DNA of 64,000 bases from an uncultured delta proteobacterium (GTDB taxonomy: Bacteria; Myxococcota_A; Polyangia; Polyangiales; Polyangiaceae), in assembly GCA_963696385.1 (NCBI GenBank), contig CAVOKF010000006.1, forward strand, positions 96,001-160,000, in the 5' to 3' direction. Shown one piece after another: positions 9,982 through 18,306 of the stretch; the first letter of the stretch is position 1, and each line of letters begins with the position of its first letter. The notes under the pieces are model-generated. The model searched no databases and was not told where the DNA came from. It saw only the letters and a program-made list of their open reading frames with translations. The translations under genes were made by a program, and so were the position numbers.

Positions 9982-11133
9982 ATGCGGAGCATAGGATTGG
10001 ATCTTGGAGCGCGCCACATTGCGTATTGCGAGATACGGAACGGAGAGGTCATCGATCGGACCTCTGTGAAGAGGCTGGACCAACTCAAGTCGCGAATCGG
10101 CCCCGACTGTCCACCTGCGCGGATTGCGTTTGATGCGTCGCGTGAAGGATGGCACGTGCACGATACCCTCACGTCGTGGGGGCACGATGCGAAGATGATC
10201 GATACGACGCGGGTGCGTGCGATGGGCGTCGCGCATCACAAGCGCAAAAACGATGCTCTCGATGCTGAGGCGGCCGCACGTGCCGTAGACCAAGGACGGA
10301 TCCCCGAGGCGCACATTCTGTCTCCCGCCCGCCGAGCCCTGCGCGCGCAGTTGAGCGTGCGCGGCGCGCTGGTCGAAACACGTGCGCAGTATGTGACGAC
10401 GATACGCGGGCTCGGGCGCGCGGCAGGCGTGCTCCTTCCCACATGCACAACCGAGAACTTTGTGAACAAGGTTCGCGAGAGCTCGCTCGACGACGCGACG
10501 AGCACGCTCATCGCGCCGCTCCTTGCCGTGCTCGTCGGAGTCGAAGAAGAGCTCACCAAGGTCGAACGGACGCTTTCGGAAATGGCGATGCGTGAGCCCA
10601 TCACGAAACTTCTCGCCACCGCTCCTGGCGTCGGCCTTATCGTGGCGTCCACCTTCGTTTCGGTGATCGACGAGGCGAAGCGCTTTCGCAATGCGCAGGC
10701 AGTCGGAGCGTACCTTGGTTTGGTGCCGTCGGAGTTGACGACAGGCGGACCTGAAAAGCGGCGCCTGGGCTCGATCACCAAGCAGGGCAACACGTATGCG
10801 AGAAAAATGCTCGTCCAAGCGGCGTGGCTCATCCTCAGGTCACGCGACATGGACGACCCGATTCGCCAGTGGGGCGACCGCATCGCCAAGACGCGAGGCA
10901 AGAGAATCGCCGTCATCGCCATCGCACGAAAACTCGCCGGCGTCCTCTGGGCGATGTGGCGCGACGGCACCGCTTACGATCCGGTGGGACAGGCCAAGGC
11001 GAGCGCAAAGGGCACTCGCAGAGAGGCTCGTTCGAAAAACGCGAATGCGGAGGCGCTCGAACGCTCCGCCAAGAAACTCCAACGGCGGGCTCCTCGCCGC
11101 AACAAGATTTCGGAGGACGTCGCCATGACATGA
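9982..11133 (+). CDS. IS110-family DEDD recombinase
   Basis: 'IGLDLG', 'KRKNDALDA', 'APGVG', 'YLGLVP...GG', 'GSITKQGN', 'AIARKLA'. Confidence 0.93.
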   Translation: MRSIGLDLGARHIAYCEIRNGEVIDRTSVKRLDQLKSRIGPDCPPARIAFDASREGWHVHDTLTSWGHDAKMIDTTRVRAMGVAHHKRKNDALDAEAAARAVDQGRIPEAHILSPARRALRAQLSVRGALVETRAQYVTTIRGLGRAAGVLLPTCTTENFVNKVRESSLDDATSTLIAPLLAVLVGVEEELTKVERTLSEMAMREPITKLLATAPGVGLIVASTFVSVIDEAKRFRNAQAVGAYLGLVPSELTTGGPEKRRLGSITKQGNTYARKMLVQAAWLILRSRDMDDPIRQWGDRIAKTRGKRIAVIAIARKLAGVLWAMWRDGTAYDPVGQAKASAKGTRREARSKNANAEALERSAKKLQRRAPRRNKISEDVAMT

Positions 11134-11523
11134 ATCGTCACGACTGTCTCCGATGCGCCTTGAGCGCGTAGCCTAAGAGCACCCCATCTGGAGGAACGTT
11201 GAACGCGACAAATTGGTAGAAGCTCTTGCGATCTCCGCTCCGGTGGAGACGTGACTGTACTTCGTGCGAAAAATTGCGTCTCGTTCCACCGCTTCGAATC
11301 CAAATCTACGTCTCGGGCCTTGGACGCGAACTTCGCTGCCCGATGAACGTGAAGAGTCAATCGAGAGGTAGCTCGCCAAGCCGCGCGTTCGGAGCGCTCC
11401 CCTTACTGTCACCGTGCTCCGGCGCCCTCAAGCGCCGAGAAGGGAAACGTCCATTGAATTCTAAGAACCCAGCTCACTCCGAAACGAAAAAAAGAAAACT
11501 CTCTGCGCGAAAACCCTTGCCCA
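11134..11523 (+). ncRNA. putative bridge/seek RNA region of IS110 copy A
   Basis: Stem GAGACGT (11246-11252) / ACGTCTC (11308-11314) encloses GCGAAAAATT (11266-11275) and CCAAATC (11300-11306), matching the target halves; exact RNA ends unknown. Confidence 0.72.
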
Positions 11524-11548
11524 CGCCACCGGTTCAGAGTCCGATTTG

Positions 11549-11810
11549 GCGGCATCACCTTGCGCACTCGCCGTAGCCAGCCGCTACGTCTCGCGATCGC
11601 GGTCACCTGCTCCTCGCCGAGTACTTCCGTAAGCCGTTTCGCATACACGCCGACTCCGGCGCGTGTACTGTTTGATCCGTGCATCGGGGGTCTCCTTTCG
11701 CGTTGTCTCACAACAGCGTCTAGAGAATCCCCGATGCCTTTGACTATCCAATTCGTGCACTATGCACGTAAGTGATCGAGATCACTCGGGAAATAAAGAT
11801 CCTACCTATG
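11549..11810 (-). mobile_element. IS4-family fragment (left end plus transposase 5' part)
   Basis: Near-identical to ~13962-14223; ends in IR ...CCTACCTATG; truncated by the IS110/repeat junction. Confidence 0.88.
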
Positions 11811-11856
11811 ATCGCGTCTTAGGGGCTTCCGTTGTCACCGAGCGGCGAAAGATTTG
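11811..11856 (+). repeat. oriIS-like repeat, copy 3 (inner half; empty IS110 target site)
   Basis: ATCGCGTCTTAGGGGCTTCCGTTGTCACCGAGCGGCGAAAGATTTG followed by G. Confidence 0.9.
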
Positions 11857-11921
11857 GCCAGCCCGGGACGCGAACGCGCGGGCGCTTGATCTTTCCCTCA
11901 ACGGGTCCGATGCTAGCCGCC

Positions 11922-12122
11922 ATGACTGGCAGCCCAGTTCCGTCGTATGAGCACGAGGACTCACCCGAGGTGGCGGCCCTGCGTAAGCGCATCCGTGGCG
12001 AGCCGCTCTCAGCGGCGGAAGACGCCCTCCTCGCGTCCGCGACGCGCAAGCCGTCCGGGCCCGGTGTACTGCACGCCGAGGTAATGGCCGAGCTCGCCGA
12101 GCGCGAACGCCGCGGCGAATGA
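11922..12122 (+). CDS. putative antitoxin
   Basis: 66-aa ORF ending 'VLHAEVMAEL', overlapping the next ORF by ATGA; TTGATC-N17-GATGCT promoter-like motif at 11886-11914. Confidence 0.55.
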   Translation: MTGSPVPSYEHEDSPEVAALRKRIRGEPLSAAEDALLASATRKPSGPGVLHAEVMAELAERERRGE

Positions 12123-12337
12123 TCGTAGTTTGGGACGAGTCCGCCCTCGAGAGCTGGCGCCGCTTGTCGCTGAGCGATGCGAGGGCGGTCGCCGAGGCTG
12201 TCGAGCGATGGGCGCAGACGGGACAGGGTCTCGTCGTAGCCGTCGACGGGGAGTTCCAGCTCTTCGTCGGTCAACACGTCGTCGTGATGCTCGTGGCCCG
12301 CGATACGCTCTACATCGACCGCGTGCGCCGGGCTTAG
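12119..12337 (+). CDS. RelE/ParE-like small protein (putative toxin)
   Basis: 'MIVVWDESALESWRRL...GEFQLFVGQHVVV...LYIDRV' follows the RelE fold pattern, but the usual Arg residues are substituted. Confidence 0.55.
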   Translation: MIVVWDESALESWRRLSLSDARAVAEAVERWAQTGQGLVVAVDGEFQLFVGQHVVVMLVARDTLYIDRVRRA

Positions 12338-12747
12338 GCCCTCAGCAGCTCCGGGGGAGCCCTGCCGCCATCCGCCGGAAGCAGTATCGGCTTCGTGAAT
12401 GGTCAGTCGGCGTGTCTCAGCGCGTCCAACTTCCGCTCGGAGGCTCGCGCCGAATCGCGTTGATCAGTCGCCCGGCGAGGCGAAACGGGCGGCCCGAGCT
12501 GCTGCCCATTACGCTTGAAGGATGTGGTGCGAGCGATCCGCGCGGCGGTGCCCATGGCGCGCGGTTCGTGCAGGAGGCATCGCCGTCCTCTTGGCACTCG
12601 TTGCCTTGGCTGTTTCCGGCGCGGTCTACAACTGGTTGGCAGTTCGACATCTTCGCAGCATCTACCCGCCTCCGGGCGAGTAGGAAACGAAAAGCGTGTC
12701 GGGCGATGAAGAGTCGCCGAAACCACCGCGGTCACATATAACCCGTT

Positions 12748-14223
12748 CATAAGTTGGTACTTAGAGATTCGGGATGGCGCTCGCTATCACACAAGTGCGA
12801 GTGGCTCGAGGCCCATAGCGAGACGTCCGCGCTTTCGATCGCGAGCAGGATGAGCGCGGCGCGCGTTGGAATCGAGGAACTTGAGCGTTTCGGCGAGGGC
12901 ACGACGTAGTTGGCGCGGCGAGTCGAGAAGGCCGCGGAGGACATCGTCGAAGTAATGCTTGCCGGACGCGGCGGCTCGCTGGGTCGAAAGCTCCACCCCC
13001 AGCGACGCTTCCGCGAAGTGTGCGAGCGAGCGTTTCAGAAGGGCTGCGAGCAGGCTCGCCCATATCATCGCTTTCGCGATAGCGGCCTTGCCCGTATCGA
13101 AGGCATGAAGGTTGGCGTGGGATTTGAACTCTTTGAACAGGAGTTCCACCTGCCAGCGGAGGCGATACAAGCCGGCCACGTCGGCGGCGGAGAAGCGCTT
13201 GCGAGCGAGGTTGCTGTGCAGGTACACGAACGTCTTCGCGTTGCGCTTGCCGCGCTTGTAGATCGCCACAATTCGGCCGCGATACACGAATGAATTCGCC
13301 TGCCATTCGATGTCGAGATCGACCGTCTGGGCCGGAAGCAGGTCCCAGTTCAACTTCTGGCCGAGCAACTTGGGGATGGATTTGCCGGCGCTGTCGAAAG
13401 CGGCCCGAATGGTGGGTCGAATGTTTTTGGTTCCGCGGACGATGAAGGCGCCGCCCGCTTGGTCGACGTCGAAAAAGAATGTTCGCTCCTCGTACCCTCG
13501 GTCGGCCAGAAAGAGCCGCTCGCGAAGACTCGCGGCCTCGGGACGGTAGGTTCGCTCGGTCTCCTTGTCGGCCGTCAGGGCGACGATGCGCACATCGTCT
13601 TGGAGCAGACTCATCGTGACGTGCAGTTCCACGGCGGCAGGCGAGATTTTTGTAAAGCGGCCCGGCCATGTGCCTTTCAAGTCGTCCTTGAGCGCGAACG
13701 ACGTCCCGTCGTGAATGACGATGTCCCGAAAGGTCGACAGTTTGGGGGACACGGCGTGCAGAACCGGCTGGCTCATCTTCTGTACCGTCGCTTCCAGCAG
13801 CATCCGAAACATCTCTGGAAAGGACGCTTGCGCGAGCCGGTTGTGAAAGGGCTTATATCGCAGCGAAAGGCCCGCGAATTTCCGGAACGTCCGCAGAATA
13901 TCGGCCAACCACTTGGCGTGGCCCGACCCGAGCGTCGACAGCACCGCCACGACCATCGCCAGCGGCATCACCTTGCGCACGCGCCGTAGCCAGCCGCTAC
14001 GTCTCGCGATCGCGGTCACCTGCTCCTCGCCGAGTACTTCCGTAAGCCGTTTCGCATACACGCCGACTCCGGCGCGTGTACTGTTTGATCCGTGCATCGG
14101 GGGTCTCCTTTCGCGTTGTCTCACAACAGCGTCTAGAGAATCCCCGATGCCTTTGACTACCCAATTCGTGCACTATGCACGTAAGTGATCGAGATCACTC
14201 GGGAAATAAAGATCCTACCTATG
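12748..14223 (-). mobile_element. IS4-family insertion sequence
   Basis: Imperfect IR CATAAGTTGG / CCTACCTATG, 10-bp target duplication ATAACCCGTT (12738-12747, 14224-14233). Confidence 0.92.
12787..14097 (-). CDS. IS4-family transposase
   Basis: 'IHDGTSF', 'LADRGY', 'YRLRWQVELLFKEFKS' (YREK motif); AAAGGAG RBS upstream of ATG 14097. Confidence 0.92.
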   Translation of the reverse strand: MHGSNSTRAGVGVYAKRLTEVLGEEQVTAIARRSGWLRRVRKVMPLAMVVAVLSTLGSGHAKWLADILRTFRKFAGLSLRYKPFHNRLAQASFPEMFRMLLEATVQKMSQPVLHAVSPKLSTFRDIVIHDGTSFALKDDLKGTWPGRFTKISPAAVELHVTMSLLQDDVRIVALTADKETERTYRPEAASLRERLFLADRGYEERTFFFDVDQAGGAFIVRGTKNIRPTIRAAFDSAGKSIPKLLGQKLNWDLLPAQTVDLDIEWQANSFVYRGRIVAIYKRGKRNAKTFVYLHSNLARKRFSAADVAGLYRLRWQVELLFKEFKSHANLHAFDTGKAAIAKAMIWASLLAALLKRSLAHFAEASLGVELSTQRAAASGKHYFDDVLRGLLDSPRQLRRALAETLKFLDSNARRAHPARDRKRGRLAMGLEPLALV

Positions 14224-14299
14224 ATAACCCGTTAGGGGCTTTCGTGGTCCGTGCAACGGCGATTTGGCATCTCCCCGCCCATCTTAGGCTCACACGCAG

Positions 14300-14825
14300 A
14301 ACGCGTCTTGTCGATCGGTCTGCCGCGAGCACTGCCCCGCGCCTTGTGGAGCCGGCGCCCGCAAGGGATTGCGAGCGCTCTTCTTGCGTGTCCCGCGGCT
14401 GGTCGAGGAGCTCGGGGGCGTGCGCGCAGACTCTCGCGCCCATCGAAAAGATCGACGTGCTCGTACTCGACGACTTGTTGCTCACGCCTATGAAGGACGC
14501 GGAGCGCCGCGATCTCCTCGAAGTGCTCGAAGACCGTTACGACCGATGCTCGACGGTCATCACATCGCAATCACCGACCAAAAGTTGGCACGCAGCGCTC
14601 GGTGATCCGACGATCGCCGACGCGATTTGCGATCGCCTGGTGCACAACGCCCACGTGCTCGCGTTACGCGGACCCTCCATGCGGAAGAAGAAGGGCCTTT
14701 CGCCCAACCAGGAAACCGAACCCACCTGACCACCCCTCGTCGCTTCGCTCCGATCGTGATCGGGTGCGTCGGAACGGTTGATCGGGTCCGTCCGGAATGA
14801 GCGATCGGGTCGACCGGAATACGCA
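14300..14825 (+). mobile_element. istB: IS21-family remnant (istB 3' part plus right end)
   Basis: 'DVLVLDD...RRDLLEVLEDRY...STVITSQ...ADAICDRLVHNAH'; repeated GATCGGGT motifs and terminal ...CCGGAATACGCA. Confidence 0.85.
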
Positions 14826-14880
14826 ACCGACGTCGATCTCGGCGCCGAGTACGCCTACTGAACCCATCGCGTCGAGAACT

Positions 14881-14974
14881 CCAAATGGGACTCTGAACCG
14901 GCAGTGGACGCCCCTAAAACGCGATATGTTTCCGTGGCTCTTCGTCGGCCGACACGCTTTGCTTGTCCTATCCG
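14881..14974 (-). repeat. oriIS-like repeat, copy 5 (14910-14974, inverted) fused to ~20 nt of an IS110 right end (14881-14901)
   Basis: Reverse complement reads ...AAACATATCGCGTTTTAGGGGC-GTCCACTG-CCGGTTCAGAGTCCCATTTGG; outer end GCTTTGCTTGTCCTATCCG on +. Confidence 0.8.
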
Positions 14975-15773
14975 CCCATTGCGTATCCGGAAACGGGCAC
15001 ACCGCAGGGCGGGGTGATTTCGCCGATTCTGGCGAACATTTTCCTGCACGAGGTGCTCGACGTCTGGTTTGAGCGCGAAGTTAAACCAAGGCTTTCGGGC
15101 AAGGCGCTGCTCGTCCGCTACGCGGACGATGCAGTGCTTTTGTTTTCGCATGAAGTGGATGCCCGCAAGGTGCTGGACGTGCTGCCGAAGCGATTGGGTG
15201 CGTACGGCCTGGCGCTGCATCCCGAGAAGACGCGGTTGGTGGAGTTTCAGCGCCCTGACCGTCGCTCATCGAAAGTCGATGGCGGCGACCGAGGTCCTGG
15301 CAGCTTCGACCTACTCGGCTTCACGCACTACTGGGGCAAAGCTCGCTCTGGCAAGTGGATTGTCATGCGCAAAACAGCCAAAGACCGCTTCCGGAGAGCG
15401 GTGTCGCGGGTCGCGCAATGGTGCAGGGAGCACCGGCACGACGCCATCCGCGAGCAGCAGAAGGCACTTGGGCAAAAGCTGCGTGGTCACTACGGATATT
15501 ACGGAATCACCGGGAATTTCCGCGCCATCGCGCTCTTCTGCCGCAAGACTATTGCGTTGTGGCGCCGGTGGCTCAACCGCCGGTCGCAACGACGCCATAT
15601 GCCTTGGAAGCGAATGCGGCTTCTGCTGGAGCGCTACCCGCTCCCGCCGCCTCGCATCGCTCACCCATTTCTCCCGCGCGCAGCGAACCCGTGACCGAAG
15701 AGCCGGATGCGTGAATTGCGCACGTCCGGATCCGAAGGGGGGCCGGGGAGACAACCTCCCCGGCCTACCCGAC
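14975..15773 (+). mobile_element. 5'-truncated group II intron (RT/maturase 3' part to 15694, domains V-VI at 15700-15773)
   Basis: 'GTPQGGVISPILANIFLH', 'RYADD', 'FDLLGF', maturase 'LRGHYGYY'; DV GAGCCGGATGCG...CGTCCGGATC and 3' end CCTACCCGAC. Confidence 0.92.
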
Positions 15774-15861
15774 TGACAACGAGCGCCCCAAAGGCCTTTT
15801 ATGTGACCGCGGCGGTTTCCGCGTCTCTTCGTCGGCCGACAAGCTTTGCGCCGCCTACTCC
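15774..15861 (-). repeat. divergent oriIS-like repeat, copy 6 (inverted; forms the 3' exon of the intron)
   Basis: TGACAACGAGCGCCCCAAAGG...ATGTGACCGCGG...CTCTTCGTCGGCCGACAAGCTTTGCGCCGCCTACTC aligns with the reverse complement of the repeat. Confidence 0.78.
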
Positions 15862-15942
15862 CCCGACTTCTCGTGGTCCCGGCGTTGCTCACTTCTCGCT
15901 CTGCTCCGCCGTTCCAGCAGGTCGCTGGAGACCACGAGACCT

Positions 15943-16111
15943 GTTGCGGTAGGGACGGCCCTCGCCCTGAGGTTCGGGCCGCCCCCCGCGCGGATCCCGG
16001 CGTGCGGAACTACCGCACCGGGCTCTTGCCTTGGGTTCTGACGCGCATGGGCAGCGATGGAAAGTTTCAGCTTTCCTTGACCTCCTCTTTCCCCAAGCTT
16101 GCTTGGCGCAC
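15943..16111 (-). ncRNA. miniature, internally deleted group II intron (169 nt)
   Basis: Starts GTGCG, contains DV GAGCCCGGTGCGGTAGTTCCGCACGCCGGGATC and DVI ending CCCTACCGCAAC. Confidence 0.75.
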
Positions 16112-16124
16112 TGAAAATCCAGGC

Positions 16125-16310
16125 TAGCCGAGCCGGCACGCTCTGCGCGCCGATGGCATTCACGATCTGCTGCGCGGCCCACGCGGCGTACGGGTGCGCC
16201 GTCACGTTGACGTGAACTGGTCGCCGACCGCTTCCACGATGGGCACTCGATAGACGCCGGACTTGAGAGGACAACCTCCAGTCGCTCCTCGACCGCCCGG
16301 AAGGTCACAA
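16125..16310 (-). pseudogene. integrase-core (rve-like) transposase fragment
   Basis: 'HVNVTAHPYAAWAAQQIVNA' resembles the conserved HxNVTxHPTxxWxxQQ segment. Confidence 0.6.
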
Positions 16311-16497
16311 AACACCTTGCTTAGTCGAAGCACCGGCCATATAGTCCGCATGTAGCGGGGTGGAGCCCCAGGTGTCCGTTCCGCGGACGCGAAGGTGGCT
16401 CTGAAGGGCCATGCACACACGCTAAAAGACAATCATCAGTAGATGGGAAGATCGAAATTCCGGGTCACATCCAGCTAACCCGTATAGAGAGGCTACA

Positions 16498-17493
16498 ATG
16501 CGCAACCAGTGCTACGTGACGATCGCCACCGTATTTTTCGCGGCGCTCTTTGGCCAAGAGTCCTCTGCGTCCGCGTGCACCTGGGGGGATCCCAATTGCG
16601 AATGGGTCCAAATGAACAACCCCACTGGCGTGGACAAAAATAGCTTGATCGCCGTCAGCGTGAATTCGGGACCCAGCCAGAGTAGTGTATTCTATTTCGT
16701 GGCCACATCTACCGGCGTTTACGAGGGGATCGTCAGCACTCCCCAATTGAGCAGCGTAAATTGGGGCTCGGTGGGCACCCTTAGCGAATTTAACGAGTCG
16801 GATATGAGGCAAATCACCGCCGACAGTAATCCTGGTGGAGATCTTTACTTGATCGACAGCATCGGTAACCCTCTTTTTTACATAGTCAACGGCTCACTCG
16901 GCCAGGGCCCGAACTACAACCATGGCCCTATGGGCACCATTATTGGCATTAGCAGTGAGACCCCCTACGAGCCGGCTCCGGGTTACCCGTTTAAAGTGTG
17001 TCAATTTCCTACCGATATAGCCGTCGATGAAGAGTTGAATGTCTATGTTGTCGGCTGCGGCAACAACTCGTTTTGGGTCGCACCACATACGGGTTCCAAC
17101 ACCTGGGGACGGTGGGCCTCGTATGCCGTCGGAGGGGCTGCAAACCTAGTTGCCGTTGGAGCAAATGCGAATTTTGCGGAGCAGGGCCCATGGGTTGTCG
17201 ACGCAAACGGACTCACGTTTCAAGTGCAGTCGAACGGCAACTCCGCTGCAATTGCGCGGCCCGAGTGGATCAGCAACACTGCGCACTCAATCGGCGTGTA
17301 TGGTCAGAATAACCAGGCTACCGCGATTGGCGGGGAATCCGAAGTATGCCAATGGACCTCGGGGTCCGGGGGGGGGTGGAACTGCCCGTTTCTCGGTGGC
17401 CAATCAGTCCAAATATCTGTGCAAGGGTACACCGTGTTTGTCGAAAATTCGGCCAGCAACCTATTTACTTACTCGAACGACATCGTCTTTTAA
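16498..17493 (+). CDS. secreted hypothetical protein, possibly tectonin/lectin-like beta-propeller
   Basis: GAGG RBS, signal peptide, Trp/Gly/Asn-rich beta repeats ('DIAVD..LNVYVVGC', 'GPWVVDANG'); visibly lower GC than flanks. Confidence 0.65.
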   Translation: MRNQCYVTIATVFFAALFGQESSASACTWGDPNCEWVQMNNPTGVDKNSLIAVSVNSGPSQSSVFYFVATSTGVYEGIVSTPQLSSVNWGSVGTLSEFNESDMRQITADSNPGGDLYLIDSIGNPLFYIVNGSLGQGPNYNHGPMGTIIGISSETPYEPAPGYPFKVCQFPTDIAVDEELNVYVVGCGNNSFWVAPHTGSNTWGRWASYAVGGAANLVAVGANANFAEQGPWVVDANGLTFQVQSNGNSAAIARPEWISNTAHSIGVYGQNNQATAIGGESEVCQWTSGSGGGWNCPFLGGQSVQISVQGYTVFVENSASNLFTYSNDIVF

Positions 17494-17582
17494 CTAGGAT
17501 TGGCGTGCGAAGCTGCTGGCTCCGTGCGTCCTTGTGAATTCCCTTGGCGCTCTCGAGGGCCTGAAAACCAGGTCGTACACCA

Positions 17583-18105
17583 AATGGGACTCTGAACCGG
17601 TGGCGTGGGCAAGGGTTTTCGCGCAGAGAGTTTCTATTTTTCGTTTCGGAGTGAGCTGGGTTCTTAGAATTCAATGGACGTTTCCCTTGTCGGCGCTTGA
17701 GGGCGCCGGAGCACGGTGACAGTAAGGGGAGCGCTCCGAACGCGCCGCTTGGCGAGCTACCTCTCGATTGACTCTTCACGTTCATCGGGCAGCGAAGTTC
17801 GCGTCCAAGGCCCGAGACGTAGATTTGGATTCGAAGCGGTGGAACGAGACGCAATTCTTCGCACGAAGTACAGTCACGTCTCCACCGGAGCGGAGATCGC
17901 AAGAGCTTCTACCAATTTGTCGCGTTCAACGTTCCTCCAGATGGGGTGCTCTTAGGCTACGCGCTCAAGGCGCATCGGAGACAGTCGTGACGATTCATGT
18001 CATGGCGACGTCCTCCGAAATCTTGTTGCGGCGAGGAGCCCGCCGTTGGAGTTTCTTGGCGGAGCGTTCGAGCGCCTCCGCATTCGCGTTTTTCGAACGA
18101 GCCTC
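17583..18105 (-). mobile_element. partial inverted IS110 copy (recombinase 3' end, non-coding region, right end)
   Basis: Reverse complement of ~11023-11546 with a few SNPs. Confidence 0.9.
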
Positions 18106-18306
18106 CCACAGACGCAGAGGACCCGCTGCTGTGAAGAACGTTCTCTGCGCGCCATCAATGGAGGCGCAACGATAGCTGCTCTCCAAGTCTCTCCGGTGCG
18201 CCCTCGCCCGCAAAGTGATCGACGAGCCGATCGGCGAGGAGTGCGATCGTCTCACTCGTCACATCCTCCCCGAAGAGTGGGGCGTCGAGGAATCGCGCGA
18301 GCGCGG

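Larger units (their letters stand above)
9764..11546 (+). mobile_element. IS110-family element, IS1111-type architecture, copy A
   Basis: Sub-terminal IR TGAACCGGTGGCG (9771-9783) / CGCCACCGGTTCA (11524-11536), GATT at both junctions, long 3' non-coding region; identical by eye to 18408-20190. Confidence 0.92.
12677..14266 (+). repeat. divergent oriIS-like repeat, copy 4 (halves 12677-12747 and 14224-14266, split by IS4)
   Basis: CGAGTAGGAAACGAAAAGCGTGTCGG...CACATATAACCCGTTAGGGGCTTTC...CGGCGATTTG; same layout as other copies. Confidence 0.8.

Noticed and set aside
14963..15694. Retron or defence-associated RT
   Set aside because: Maturase domain and adjacent domains V-VI identify it as a truncated group II intron
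6380..15773. Diversity-generating retroelement (RT plus FGE/CLec-type target)
   Set aside because: The RT is a group II intron protein followed by DV/DVI, and no TR/VR pair differing at adenines was seen
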